The notes: generated by a model not told the origin, from the letters alone. Counted from the first letter of the stretch, positions 39,632 through 50,110 are shown. The stretch is 64,000 nucleotides of DNA from Candidatus Latescibacterota bacterium (GCA_963667175.2 CAXXXF010000004.1:256001-320000), one strand, 5' to 3'. A program made the numbers and translations.

Positions 39632-40312
39632 ATGCGACAGTTTCAATGGCCGGTAATTGCATTCGTCACGCTCTGGGTTGCCGGGTGCAGCGCACGGGAC
39701 CCCATCCAGGAAATGCGGAAGAGCCTGGCAAACGCGCCCGAGTATATGATCATACTGGAAGACATGAGGGAGGCAGGGACCTTCTCTACGGATTACTACC
39801 ATAAGTATACGGTGGTCCAGGGCGAACGGCGGCGCACGACGGATTGGATTGAGGTGTCCCATGAGGTCTATCGGAAGTACCGTCCATTTCTCGGCATGGC
39901 CATCGTGGCCAAGTCGGACCAGGGCGTGAACGACACGCCCCACCCGCCCGGATACCACTACGTCGGGAACCCGCATTACGGCCACTGGGGTGGCGGCGGG
40001 AGCTTCTGGGTGTTCTACGGACAGTACGCGTTGATGCGGGACTTGATGGGCGGGGGTTTCGGGCGGCAGATTTACCGGAACGACTATGACGACTATCGCA
40101 ACAGCCGCGATCGGCGGCGGCCGTACTATGGGCGCAACCGCGAGTACGGCACTGAAGGGTCGGTCACGAAGAGGCAAAGGCCGGGGTTTTACAAGCGCCG
40201 GCAACAGGCGACGGCAAACAGGCAGCGGTCCTTCTCCCAGAGGGTCCGGGACCGGTCCGGTCGCAACAGGTCGGGCTTTGGCAGCCGCAGCGGAGGGAGG
40301 TTTGGAAAATGA
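39632..40312 (+). CDS. Lipoprotein with Gly/Arg-rich C-terminal tail (PspA-DUF350 cluster associated)
   Basis: Lipobox VAGC; PPGYHYVGNPHYGHW..SFWVFYGQY; RSGGRFGK tail; overlaps the DUF350 gene. Confidence 0.75.
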   Translation: MRQFQWPVIAFVTLWVAGCSARDPIQEMRKSLANAPEYMIILEDMREAGTFSTDYYHKYTVVQGERRRTTDWIEVSHEVYRKYRPFLGMAIVAKSDQGVNDTPHPPGYHYVGNPHYGHWGGGGSFWVFYGQYALMRDLMGGGFGRQIYRNDYDDYRNSRDRRRPYYGRNREYGTEGSVTKRQRPGFYKRRQQATANRQRSFSQRVRDRSGRNRSGFGSRSGGRFGK

Positions 40313-41154
40313 CGTTGGACAACTTGATGGAATCGGGGATTTACCTTGTCTGCGCGTACCTGCTGTTTTGGATCGGAAAACTGGTGTACGACTGGACCAC
40401 GCCGAGCTACCGGGTGAAAGAGGAGCTTGTCGAAAAGGACAATACGGCGCTTTCTGTAGCGATCATGGGGTACTTTTTCGGACTGGTGATGGCCATCGGA
40501 GGGGTGATTTCCGGACCGTCACATGGACTTGAGCTTGACCTGATCGACGTACTCATTTACGGCCCGTTGTCGATCGTGCTGATGAACCTGTCCCGGATCA
40601 TCAACGACCGGTTGATCCTGCACCAGTTCTCCGTTCGCGATGAAATTATCAGGGATCAGAATTCGGGGACCGGCGCCGTTGTATGCGCCTCGTACATCGC
40701 CACCGGTCTGGTGATTTTCGGCGCCGTTTCCGGCGAACTGGGCGGCCTGGGCACAACGCTCGCGTTCTGGGTGCTGGGGCAGGCGGCTCTGGTATTGGCC
40801 GGAATCGTCTACAACTGGGCGACGCCGTACGACCTGCATAAGGAAATCGAACGGGACAACGCGGCGGCAGGCGTGGCGTTCGCCGGCGCGTTGGTGGGCA
40901 TCGGCATTGTCGTGCGGCACGCTGTTGCGGGAGACTTTATTTCATGGACGACGAGCCTGCAGGACTTCGCGCTCGAGGTGGTCATCGGACTGGCCCTGCT
41001 GCTGCTGGTGCGTGTAGCCACGGACAAGATCCTGTTGCCGGGCCTGAATCTGTCGGCTGAGATTTCAGATCCCGAAAAGCCGCACCTGGGCGCCGGATTT
41101 ATCGAAGCGTTCTCATACGTGGGCGCGTCGCTGCTGATCGTGTGGGCATTATAG
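40309..41154 (+). CDS. DUF350 domain membrane protein (two repeats)
   Basis: ELVEKDNTAL, EIIRDQN.G, EIERDNAAAG repeats. Confidence 0.85.
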   Translation: MTLDNLMESGIYLVCAYLLFWIGKLVYDWTTPSYRVKEELVEKDNTALSVAIMGYFFGLVMAIGGVISGPSHGLELDLIDVLIYGPLSIVLMNLSRIINDRLILHQFSVRDEIIRDQNSGTGAVVCASYIATGLVIFGAVSGELGGLGTTLAFWVLGQAALVLAGIVYNWATPYDLHKEIERDNAAAGVAFAGALVGIGIVVRHAVAGDFISWTTSLQDFALEVVIGLALLLLVRVATDKILLPGLNLSAEISDPEKPHLGAGFIEAFSYVGASLLIVWAL

Positions 41155-41237
41155 TGCTCGGTCCCGGTAATTTCCCACCATTTGGTCGAACTCAGGCAAC
41201 CTGTTCCGGAGACCGAACACTGTAGGAAACGGCTGCG

Positions 41238-42038
41238 ATGGGAAACCGCCTGAACGATAAGGTCGCGATCGTGACGGGGGCCGGTTCGGTCGGACCCGGA
41301 TGGGGTAACGGCAAGGCGGCGGCCGTTCTCTTCGCGCGAGAAGGCGCCCGCGTATTCGCCGCGGATATCAATTCGGACGCGGCGGCGGAGACCCGCGACC
41401 TGATCGCGGGTGAGGGAGGGGACTGTACGGCTCACACGGCGGACGTATCGAGGTCGGAAGACGTCGAGACCCTGGTCGCCGGATGCATAGACACGTACGA
41501 CCGAATCGATGTCCTGCACAATAACGTCGGTATTCTCCAGGTGGGCGGGTGCGCCGAACTCAGCGAGGAAACCTGGGATCGCGTGGTTGACGTGAATCTC
41601 AAGAGCATGTTTCTGACCTGCAAGCACGTGCTTCCGCATATGGAACGCCAGGGGGGAGGGGCGATCGTGAATATCTCTTCGATCACCTCCATCCGCTGGC
41701 TGGGCGTGCCCTATGTTTCCTACAGCGCGTCCAAGGGTGGGGTGAATCAGCTGACCCAGAGTATCGCCATGCAGTACGCGAAGAAAAACATCCGCGCCAA
41801 TACCATATTGCCGGGATTCATGAATACGCCGATGGTGGCGAAATCACTGGCCGAGTTCTACGCGGAAGGCGACGTCGAGAGAATGATCGAGATTCGCGAC
41901 AGTCAGTGTCCGATGGGCAGGATGGGCGATGCCTGGGACGTGGCCTACGCGGCCCTGTATCTGGCTTCGGACGAGGCGAAATACGTCACAGGCGCCGAAC
42001 TCGTCGTGGATGGCGGATTGACGTGTAAAGCCGTCTGA
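41238..42038 (+). CDS. SDR family oxidoreductase
   Basis: TGAGS...GNG, NNVG, YSASK. Confidence 0.93.
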   Translation: MGNRLNDKVAIVTGAGSVGPGWGNGKAAAVLFAREGARVFAADINSDAAAETRDLIAGEGGDCTAHTADVSRSEDVETLVAGCIDTYDRIDVLHNNVGILQVGGCAELSEETWDRVVDVNLKSMFLTCKHVLPHMERQGGGAIVNISSITSIRWLGVPYVSYSASKGGVNQLTQSIAMQYAKKNIRANTILPGFMNTPMVAKSLAEFYAEGDVERMIEIRDSQCPMGRMGDAWDVAYAALYLASDEAKYVTGAELVVDGGLTCKAV

Positions 42039-42066
42039 TGTTCTGACCCGGACAGAAGAAACGGGT

Positions 42067-43671
42067 ATGTCGGTAAGAGACAGCGTGCCGGAAGACCGTG
42101 GCGCCGGAAGAGCCGCCCCTGCCGTAACACCGGGCGGAACTGGAAGCGGCCGGCTGATGAAGGCGTGTCTGTTCGCGACGGGGCTGGCCGGAATCGTCGC
42201 GGAGTTCGTGCTCTCGACGCTCGCCAGCTATCTGCTTGGAAACGCGACGTTGCAGTGGACGCTGGTGATGTCGTTGATGTTTTTTACGATGGGGCTCGGA
42301 AGCCGTCTGAGCCGATATCTCACCGAGCGGTTGCTGGACCGGTTTATCGCGGTTGAATTTATCCTGTCGATGCTGTGCGCAACGTCAGCCGCAGCGGCCT
42401 ATTGGGGTACGGCGTTCGTCGAGGGGGCGAGCGCCATTATTTATGCCTATGCGGCAGCGATCGGACTTCTGATCGGACTGGAGATTCCCCTTGTCACGCG
42501 CCTGAACGACGCGTATGAGGTGTTGCGAACCAATATTGCGTCTGTTTTGGAGAAGGACTATTTCGGCGCGCTCGCGGGGGGGCTGCTGTTTGCGTTTTTC
42601 GCGTTGCCGAAGCTGGGATTGACGTATACGCCAATCGCGCTTGGGGCGGTCAATTTCGCGGTTGCATCCGCGCTATTGTGGAAATATCGGACCCTGCTGG
42701 CGCGGCGCAAAGCGTTGATCGCCGCGTTCTGGTTCACCGCGGCCGGACTGATTGCCCTGGGCGTGTACATGAAGCCCATCGTTCGATACGGAGAGCAGAG
42801 CCGTTACCGGGACCGCGTGATCTACGAGGCACAAACCCCGTACCAGCGGATCGTGGTGACGCAGTGGAAGGGGTACCATTGGTTGTACCTGAACGGCGGC
42901 ATGCAATTCAGCACGTACGACGAGGATCGGTACCACGAGCCCCTCGTGCATCCGGCAATGGGACTGGCGGCATCCAGGGAACGGGTGCTCATTCTGGGCG
43001 GGGGGGATGGACTGGCGCTCCGGGAAGTATTGAAATACGGCGATGTGAAACGGGTGACGCTGGTGGACCTGGATCCCGAAATGATCCGGTTGGCGCGGAC
43101 CCATCCGGTGTTTGTCGATGCGAATGACGGCGCGTTAAGCGACGATCGAGTGACGGTAGCGACCCGTGACGCAGGTCGGTTTCTGGCGGACGACGATACG
43201 ATTTATGACGTCATTCTCGTCGATCTCCCGGACCCCAAGGGGCCGGACCTGGCCCGACTGTATTCGAAGGAGTTCTATACGGCGTGCAGGCGGCATCTGT
43301 CGCAATACGGAGTTCTCGTGACGCAGAGTTCCAGCCCGCTCCACGCCAGACGGGCGTTTATCTGCGTGTACCGGACCATGAAGGCGTCGGGCTTCCATGT
43401 TTTGCCCTACCACAATGCGATTCCGACCATGGGAGATTGGGGGTGGCACCTGGGCATGAAGGAAGAGGTGATTTCGGAAGCGGACCTGAAACGCAGGGCA
43501 TTGGCGCTGCGCTTTTCGGACGTCGAGACCGTCTTCCTGAACCGCGAGGCGATGTTGGGCATGCTGCACTTCTGGAAGGGCATGTTCGATGGCGTCGAAG
43601 ACGTGGCCGTGAATACGGAACTGGCGCCTGTGGTGGACAGCTATTACCGGGAAGGGGAGTGGGGATGGTAG
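42067..43671 (+). CDS. speE: Membrane-fused polyamine aminopropyltransferase (spermidine synthase)
   Basis: Seven N-terminal TM segments; DEDRYHEPLVHP, LGGGDGLALRE, VDLD, DLPDP. Confidence 0.88.
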   Translation: MSVRDSVPEDRGAGRAAPAVTPGGTGSGRLMKACLFATGLAGIVAEFVLSTLASYLLGNATLQWTLVMSLMFFTMGLGSRLSRYLTERLLDRFIAVEFILSMLCATSAAAAYWGTAFVEGASAIIYAYAAAIGLLIGLEIPLVTRLNDAYEVLRTNIASVLEKDYFGALAGGLLFAFFALPKLGLTYTPIALGAVNFAVASALLWKYRTLLARRKALIAAFWFTAAGLIALGVYMKPIVRYGEQSRYRDRVIYEAQTPYQRIVVTQWKGYHWLYLNGGMQFSTYDEDRYHEPLVHPAMGLAASRERVLILGGGDGLALREVLKYGDVKRVTLVDLDPEMIRLARTHPVFVDANDGALSDDRVTVATRDAGRFLADDDTIYDVILVDLPDPKGPDLARLYSKEFYTACRRHLSQYGVLVTQSSSPLHARRAFICVYRTMKASGFHVLPYHNAIPTMGDWGWHLGMKEEVISEADLKRRALALRFSDVETVFLNREAMLGMLHFWKGMFDGVEDVAVNTELAPVVDSYYREGEWGW

Positions 43672-43680
43672 ATCGAAGAG

Positions 43681-43985
43681 CGGGGAGACGGGAGACCTAC
43701 CCCCTACCCCCCTTCCTGAAGGAAGGGGAACTGTGAACCGCTCAGGGCCTTCTGGTTTTCTCCCCCTTTCCTTTAGGAGAGGGGGCCTGCCTGCCGAGCA
43801 GAACTCGGCGCAGGCAGGCCGGGGGGAGAGGTCTGCGGCTATGATGTGACTTCATCACCTGGTCATATCGCTATCCGGCTTCGGCTGGAAGTCGAACGCA
43901 GATAGTTGCTTTTCTTTGTGTCTTCGTGTCTTTGTGTGAGCTGATTGTCAGCCTTTGATTCAAGCTGACCGCTGATGGCTGCTTT
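43681..43985. repeat. Composite intergenic repeat bundle with nested 33-bp CCTG...CAGG palindrome (43786-43818), GTGTCTTTGTGTGAG and TTGATTCAAGCTGAC modules
   Basis: Direct matches to 9027-9059, 23565-23590 and 6943-6957. Confidence 0.8.
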
Positions 43986-44007
43986 ATGACCAGAAAGGAT
44001 TTATCCC

Positions 44008-44679
44008 ATGGATTTCGACGAACTCAAACGCCGCCTTTCCCGGCTGGACACGGCGTGCGTCTGCGATGGGTATAAGGCGCTCGATAGGCCGGTCAGAGCC
44101 GTCGACCCCGCTGTCCGGCCGATCACGCCAGGCCTCCGGCTGATCGGGCGCGCGCATACGGTCACCTGCCACGAGGACTTTCTGACCGTGATCGCGGCCC
44201 TTCGCGATGCCTCGCCAGGGGAAGTGCTGGTGATCGACTCCCAGGGGAGCACGAAGGCGCTGACCGGGGAACTGTTTCCGACCGAGGCGAGGCGAAAAGG
44301 GCTGGCCGGGATTGTCAACGACGGACCGTGCAGGGACACGGCCGCGATCCGCCGGCTGGGCGTTCCCTATTTCGCACGGTCGGTTACTCCGGTTGCCGGC
44401 ACAACGGACAGGCTCTTCGAGACCCAGGTTCCCGTCACATGCGGTGGCGTGCGGGTTCATCCGGGTGAGATCGTCTTCGGAGACGACGACGGGTTGATTG
44501 TCGCTGCTGAGAAAGAGATTGCGGAAGTCATCCCCGTGGCAGAAGAGGTGCAACGGAAAGAGGCGCGGCTGCTTGCTGAAATGAAAAACGGGGTGAGTCT
44601 CATCGAGATGCTGAACCTCGAGGATCACTGCGCCCGGATTCGAGCCGGCGAGGAGAGCAAGTTACAGTTCCTGGCCTGA
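44008..44679 (+). CDS. RraA / HMG-aldolase family protein
   Basis: PGEVLVID, GELF, DGPCRD, PGEIVFGDDDG. Confidence 0.9.
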   Translation: MDFDELKRRLSRLDTACVCDGYKALDRPVRAVDPAVRPITPGLRLIGRAHTVTCHEDFLTVIAALRDASPGEVLVIDSQGSTKALTGELFPTEARRKGLAGIVNDGPCRDTAAIRRLGVPYFARSVTPVAGTTDRLFETQVPVTCGGVRVHPGEIVFGDDDGLIVAAEKEIAEVIPVAEEVQRKEARLLAEMKNGVSLIEMLNLEDHCARIRAGEESKLQFLA

Positions 44680-44769
44680 CAGCCCGTTGAGAAAGTCCAT
44701 CCGGTCTGCCTGGCTGGCCGGCAGACAGGCGTCCTGACTCGCCTGCGGAGCGACGTTCTCAACGGATTC
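44680..44769. mobile_element. MITE copy 4 (minimal ~90 bp, inverted)
   Basis: CAGCCCGTTGAGAAAGTC ... CGACGTTCTCAACGGATTC; abuts the rraA stop codon. Confidence 0.75.
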
Positions 44770-44799
44770 CTGAGAAGCTGTTTTATACGGGTCAACGGG

Positions 44800-44847
44800 C
44801 AACAAGAGCAGGCGGGACGACAGTTGTCGTCCCGCCTGCTCTTGTTG
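44800..44847. terminator. 23-bp perfect stem hairpin between convergent genes
   Basis: caacaagagcaggcgggacgaca-gt-tgtcgtcccgcctgctcttgttg. Confidence 0.6.
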
Positions 44848-44888
44848 GGAATTATGCACAATTGTAATGCAAATTTACAGTCAGCCGC

Positions 44889-45305
44889 TCAGCTTGCGTC
44901 GTGACGACACGATTCGGAACGACAGAGCCTGAAATTGCGAACGTGGGCGGCAATGAGAATGGAAGCGGACACCAGGGTCACAACGACTTCGCCGAATTCT
45001 CCGACCAAACCGTGTAATGCCACGCTTGACAGAACCATGCCTGTGAGGCCAATTGCGCCCAACAGCAGTGCCCACCGGTCCTTATGTCGCCAGCAGCCAA
45101 GCCCTAACGCCAATGCCGCAGAAGGCACGACCAACCACAACATCGCGCGGTGAAAGGACTCGTCATCAAGAAAAACGGTCGGAACAGCGGTCCCGACAAT
45201 CAGAATGGCCGGTAAGGCGATACAGTGCAATGCGCAAGCCGTCGCGCTCAGTGCCCCGATGCCGTCGGCAATGGTAGTGACGTAGAGTGTGGCAGCTCGC
45301 TTCAT
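44889..45305 (-). CDS. MerC domain membrane protein
   Basis: DGIG...CALHCIALP, HVRNFRLC. Confidence 0.85.
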   Translation of the reverse strand: MKRAATLYVTTIADGIGALSATACALHCIALPAILIVGTAVPTVFLDDESFHRAMLWLVVPSAALALGLGCWRHKDRWALLLGAIGLTGMVLSSVALHGLVGEFGEVVVTLVSASILIAAHVRNFRLCRSESCRHDAS

Positions 45306-45373
45306 CTCCGGAATTCCTCGTAACGCGTCAGCCTGCTGCTGCAAATAAGTCCCCGTTTAATTCGCGGAATCGT

Positions 45374-45907
45374 CTACCCGGTTGGCAGAATATCGGTGAA
45401 CTGGTATTCTTCGACGATTTCGCCGACCGAGGCTTCGAAGTCGTCCTCGCCCCACTGTTCGATCGTCAGCGTCTTCCGCTCGGAATCGTCCAGGTACTCC
45501 CAGGTAATCAGTTCCCGCGGCGTTCCTTCGCCGTCCTTGTAAAATTCACCCGCATCGGAAGATTCCGCATAGTAGGCGACCCCGTCGCAGGTTACTTCTT
45601 CGGGCGGGTCTTCGTGTTCGACAATGTGGGACCTCGGGTCGCCGTCAATCCTGGAGATCGGCACCTTGCGTGATACGGACCAGCCGAGGCCGTCATCCTC
45701 CTCACGTTCAAGGTACAAGACGTCATCGGCGCAGGTCAACTCCCACTCGTCCACGCGGTCTCCATCGAAATCGTAGTGGTTCTTCGCCGTGACCTTCCAG
45801 GTTTTGAGGTCATAGTCGACCACGTAACCCGGCTTGAGGTCGGACAGCGTGAAGTCGACCACGGGGTCGACTTCATCGGTCTTTTTCTTGAAGGGATTCC
45901 AGTTCAC
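45374..45907 (-). CDS. DUF4178 domain protein
   Basis: L.PG..VDYDLKTWKV, EWEL, LTIEQWG; follows pspA. Confidence 0.82.
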   Translation of the reverse strand: MNWNPFKKKTDEVDPVVDFTLSDLKPGYVVDYDLKTWKVTAKNHYDFDGDRVDEWELTCADDVLYLEREEDDGLGWSVSRKVPISRIDGDPRSHIVEHEDPPEEVTCDGVAYYAESSDAGEFYKDGEGTPRELITWEYLDDSERKTLTIEQWGEDDFEASVGEIVEEYQFTDILPTG

Positions 45908-45966
45908 GAAAACGCCTCCGGCCGCCGCCTGGAACCCGTATTCCAGGCCGCGACGATTTGCCGGAC

Positions 45967-46668
45967 TTACGCCTGAATGCCCATCTTGTTCTTGAGTTCG
46001 GCCAGCTTGTCCGCGCCGGGACTCTTTTCCTGCAGCGCGGCGTCGATCTCCTCGTCCACGCTCTTGGACGCGTCGGCCACTTCGCCGTAGGCCTGCGACA
46101 GGGACTCGTCTTCTTCCACCCGCTCCTTCATGCGTTCGAGCATGGCCAGCGTGCCGTTAGAGTCCACTTTCGCCATTTGCCTGTTGATCTTCTTCGTCGC
46201 CGCGGCCGTTCGGGCCCGGGCGCGCAGCGTTACCAGGTCGTTTTCGTACCCGGCAATGGATGATTTGAGTTTGTCCACCTGGGTCTGCAACTGAGCGGCC
46301 ATTTCCTCCTGCTGTTGGGCGTTCTGGCTCAAGGTGGCCGACCGGTTCACGTTCTCCTCCTTGCGAGCAAGCGCTTCACCGGCCAAACGGTCTGCTTCGG
46401 CGGGGTTGATGTCGTCCTTCTGGGCCCTCTGAAGCAGCGCCATGGCTTTGCGTTCGTAGTCCTCCGCCGCCTTTTTGCTGTCGGCTGCCTGTTTGCGCAG
46501 CCGGATGCCCTGCCCCTTGACCTCGGCGAGGCTGGTCATCGCGTTGCTCAGATCTTTCTTGAGATCCCGGATGCCCTGTTCGGTCAATCGGATCGGATCT
46601 TCGAGTTTGTCGATGGCAGCGTGTACTTCGGCCTGGCCCACGCGAAAGATGCGTTGAAAGACGCCCAT
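45967..46668 (-). CDS. pspA: PspA/IM30 family protein
   Basis: MGVFQRIF, DKLEDP, long coiled coil, LAELK.KMG. Confidence 0.92.
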   Translation of the reverse strand: MGVFQRIFRVGQAEVHAAIDKLEDPIRLTEQGIRDLKKDLSNAMTSLAEVKGQGIRLRKQAADSKKAAEDYERKAMALLQRAQKDDINPAEADRLAGEALARKEENVNRSATLSQNAQQQEEMAAQLQTQVDKLKSSIAGYENDLVTLRARARTAAATKKINRQMAKVDSNGTLAMLERMKERVEEDESLSQAYGEVADASKSVDEEIDAALQEKSPGADKLAELKNKMGIQA

Positions 46669-46755
46669 GGTATGCTCCTATATGATGCGGGATTCGATGT
46701 CCGGAGGTCGGGATACGCAACGGCGTGATTTCCGAGGCGCCGACCCCTGCTCTGA

Positions 46756-47151
46756 TTATCGTCTGCTGTAACTAATCAGTTCTTCGGCGTTTTCGCCCAG
46801 TGCAAAACCCAGGGCGTTAATGGCGCCCTCGATTTCCGCCCGGTCCAGCGTATCCAGGCGAAGGGTGTCGCGGAACAGAATGGTTCCTGTCTCCTCGTCC
46901 AGCGCGAAAGCGCCGTGGATGAGCGTCCGGTTTATCTCCAGCAGGCGCTTGTAGAGATCGCCGGGGTTATTGGGGATCGGCATGATGGCCTGTTCCAGAA
47001 TGAGGATGGGATCTTCGCAGTCGACAATGAGCTGGTGGATCCCGCGGTCTTCGTCGGAAACAACCACCAGTTCCTCACCGGAATCTTCTTCTTCAATGAC
47101 CAGTTCGAGGTCCTGAAGATAGGCCTTTACGGTTTCAAAATGGCGCGACAT
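46756..47151 (-). CDS. YbjN/CesT-like chaperone-fold protein
   Basis: LLEINRTLIHGAFALD...FRDTL; upstream of pspA. Confidence 0.75.
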   Translation of the reverse strand: MSRHFETVKAYLQDLELVIEEEDSGEELVVVSDEDRGIHQLIVDCEDPILILEQAIMPIPNNPGDLYKRLLEINRTLIHGAFALDEETGTILFRDTLRLDTLDRAEIEGAINALGFALGENAEELISYSRR

Positions 47152-47238
47152 GTATACTCCTTTGTTCTTGCGGGGAGAAGCGTTTTCGTGAATATATGAT
47201 TCTCAAGCGTGCATTTTGTTTCAAAAAACGTCGGCGCT

Positions 47239-47610
47239 TCAGATCCGGATCAAATTTCCAACCCGGACGGCCAGAGACTCGGGGGTCGCCGGCTTTACCA
47301 GGATTTGGCCGCGTGAAATATCCAGATCCGCAAGTTCACTCACGCGCTCCTGATCCGGAGTGTCCAGAAGAACCAGCACGGGTAGACGGGCGAACATCCT
47401 GCGTATGAAACGTATGCAATCAACCCCGCTGATTTCCGGCAATTCGTATGCGAGAATGACGAGTGCGTACCCCTTTGGATTCTCGGCGAGGCGCTCCAGA
47501 GCGCTGCGGCCGTCTGTGACCACGTCCAGTTCGACGTCTCGGTGATCGAACAGTCCGCCGGCGAGGGTCATGGCGGTCGGGCCGTCTTCCGCGAGCAGGA
47601 TTCTGGGCAA
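47239..47610 (-). CDS. Single-domain response regulator receiver (atypical, phosphoacceptor Asp replaced by Ala)
   Basis: ILLAED, DG, LVILAYELP, KP. Confidence 0.8.
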   Translation of the reverse strand: MPRILLAEDGPTAMTLAGGLFDHRDVELDVVTDGRSALERLAENPKGYALVILAYELPEISGVDCIRFIRRMFARLPVLVLLDTPDQERVSELADLDISRGQILVKPATPESLAVRVGNLIRI

Positions 47611-47751
47611 ACCGTGAACCGTATGGAATTCGGGTTGACTTCAGGTCAGATATCCAGGGAGAAATATACGGCATTCGCCCGATACGCCAACAATTATATT
47701 TCGCAGATGGAGGCAAAGAGAATGAACGAAAGGCGAGAGGCACCCGGAAAG

Positions 47752-48258
47752 CGGGGAGACGTAAGACGTGAGACGGTAGAAGACGTCCTTGCCCGAATAG
47801 CTCTTCCTTTAAGCCGCCGACAGGAAGTGAAATCGCTCGGCGCATTCATATTCTCTCCCCGTCGACCACCCCCTATCCCCCTTCCCACGGGAAGGGGGAA
47901 CTGTCATCGCTTCAAGACATCTCGCTCTGCTCCCCCTCTCCCCCGGGAGAGGGGGCCTGCCTGCCGGCAGGCCGGCCGGGGGGAAGAGGTCTGCGCATCG
48001 GCGAGATTGTCTCGCCAGGCCGTATCGTCGTCCTGTGGCGCAGTGAGGTCCTCTTCCGTCTCCCGCCTGACCTCTCCCGTCTCACCGCCTTCAGGGAATT
48101 TGGGCAGACGTGGACGTTGATCTTGATTCTTGCTTTTGCTTCTCGCTGACCGCTGTTTGTTTTTCTTCGTGTCTTTGTGTCTCCGTGTGAGCTGCTTTTC
48201 GCTCTTGGTTCAAGCTGACGGCTGATAGCTGAACGCTGATAGCTGACGGCCGATAGCT
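47752..48258. repeat. Composite intergenic repeat bundle (GAGACG heptamers, CCCCTCTCCC repeat with nested 20-bp palindrome 47956-47975, GTGTCTTTGTGT, GCTGA heptamers)
   Basis: Same modules as at 6.9, 9.0 and 43.8 kb. Confidence 0.8.
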
Positions 48259-48347
48259 ATCCCCAAGATGTATTTTGTCCGACGACGGGAGTCATGATAT
48301 ATTGGTCGACGCTTCTTTGGGGAAACCAATTCAATCTTGAGGTACCG

Positions 48348-50084
48348 ATGCAGAAATACCCGATCTGGACGCTGAGGCACAAACGGGATTCCGACTCCGA
48401 AGCGGGGAGGCCGGCCGAGCCGCTCGTGGACGTGGTGCTGTCCAACCGCGGACTGACGGCGGACGATATCGCCGATTCTCCCGGAGTTCTTCAGGACCCG
48501 TTTTCCATGAAGGACATGGACCGGTTGGCGGACCGCATTGTGAAGGCGGTTCGCGCGGGCGAGCGAATCGTCGTGTTCGGCGATTACGACGTAGACGGGG
48601 TGACGAGCACGGCCGTGTTCATGGATTTTCTGGAGAGGGTGAGCGCCGACGCCGTGCCCCTCCTGCCGGACCGCCACCGGGACGGATACGGGATGAAGCT
48701 GCCCGGCGTTGAGCGGGCGATCGAAGCGGGCGCGCGTCTGATCGTGACGGCGGACAACGGCATTTCCTCGTTCGAGGCGGTCGACGCGGCAAACGCGGCC
48801 GGCGTCGACGTGCTGGTCACCGATCATCACCAGCCCCCGGGGCGGTTGCCCGACGCTTACGCGGTGGTCAATCCCAACCGCCCGGATTGCGGCTACGCGT
48901 TCAAGGGGCTCGCGGCCGTCGGCGTGGCGTTCAAGGCCGTGCAGGCCCTTTCGGATTCGCTGATCGATGCAGCGGAGCGCAGGGCCTATCTGAATTCGCT
49001 GCTGGACCTGGTCGCTCTGGGAACGGTGGCGGACATCGCGCCCATGTTGGGCGAGAACCGGCTGCTGACGCGCAGGGGAATGCAGATTCTGGATCGCACG
49101 CAGCGTCCGGGCCTTCAGGCCCTGAAGGCCGTAGCCGGCGCCGATACCCGGCCTGTCGACACAACGGCGATCGGATTCTTCCTGGGGCCGCGCATCAACA
49201 GCGCCGGTCGGCTGGCCTCCGCGGACCTGGCGCTGGACTTGCTGCGCGCCACCGAGGCGCGCGAGGCCGCCCGATTGGCGGAACGGTTGAACGCGCTCAA
49301 CCGAAGGCGGCGGGAGCTCGAACTCGAGGGCGTCAAACAGGCCCTGGAGCAGGTGGAATCCATGTCGCTTGATGCCCATCGCATTCTGGTTGCGAAAGGC
49401 GACGAATGGCACCTGGGTGTGGTGGGGTTGATCGCGGGACGCCTGGCGGAGCAGTACGGCAGGCCCGGCATCGCCTGTACCGAGGTTCGCGGTGATGGAA
49501 GTTTTACGGGTTCGGCGAGGTCGGTGGCGGGCTACAATATGGCGGAGGCGATTTTTCGCTGCGCGGACCTGCTGACCGAGTACGGCGGGCATGCCGATGC
49601 GGCCGGCTTTACGGGCGACCTCGAAAATTTCGACACGTTCAAGGCCAGACTGGAGGCCGATGCGGCGGAGCGGATTTCGGATGAGGACCTGAGAAGCAGG
49701 CTGGAGCTGGATGCGGCGCTGCTGTCCGGTGAGATCTCGCTGGACACGGTCTCGGCGCTGTCTGCCCTGGCGCCGTTCGGCGCGGGAAACGAAGCGCCGC
49801 TGTTTATGGCGCCGAACTGTACGATCGATCGCGCCATTGCGGTCGGGAAGGGGGCGCACCTCAAAATGAACCTGGACACGGGATCGCCCGTGGACGGGGC
49901 GGGCGGCGCAGCGCGAACGGGCCGGCTGATATGCGACGCGGTCTGGTGGGGGCAGGGCGAATTGGCGGGTCGGCTTCAACGGGGCGAACGCGTGGACGTG
50001 GCCTGCGCCCTGGAGGCCAACACCTGGAACGGCCGGACGCAGGTGCAGCTTGTTCTGAAGGACATGCGCCCGGCGGAGGAATGA
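48348..50084 (+). CDS. recJ: Single-stranded-DNA-specific exonuclease RecJ
   Basis: GDYDVDG, DNG, TDHH, GTVAD, PRINSAGR, GSARS, GGH..AAG. Confidence 0.96.
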   Translation: MQKYPIWTLRHKRDSDSEAGRPAEPLVDVVLSNRGLTADDIADSPGVLQDPFSMKDMDRLADRIVKAVRAGERIVVFGDYDVDGVTSTAVFMDFLERVSADAVPLLPDRHRDGYGMKLPGVERAIEAGARLIVTADNGISSFEAVDAANAAGVDVLVTDHHQPPGRLPDAYAVVNPNRPDCGYAFKGLAAVGVAFKAVQALSDSLIDAAERRAYLNSLLDLVALGTVADIAPMLGENRLLTRRGMQILDRTQRPGLQALKAVAGADTRPVDTTAIGFFLGPRINSAGRLASADLALDLLRATEAREAARLAERLNALNRRRRELELEGVKQALEQVESMSLDAHRILVAKGDEWHLGVVGLIAGRLAEQYGRPGIACTEVRGDGSFTGSARSVAGYNMAEAIFRCADLLTEYGGHADAAGFTGDLENFDTFKARLEADAAERISDEDLRSRLELDAALLSGEISLDTVSALSALAPFGAGNEAPLFMAPNCTIDRAIAVGKGAHLKMNLDTGSPVDGAGGAARTGRLICDAVWWGQGELAGRLQRGERVDVACALEANTWNGRTQVQLVLKDMRPAEE

Positions 50085-50110
50085 AAGGGCGCCCGACTCA
50101 CGGCGCATTC

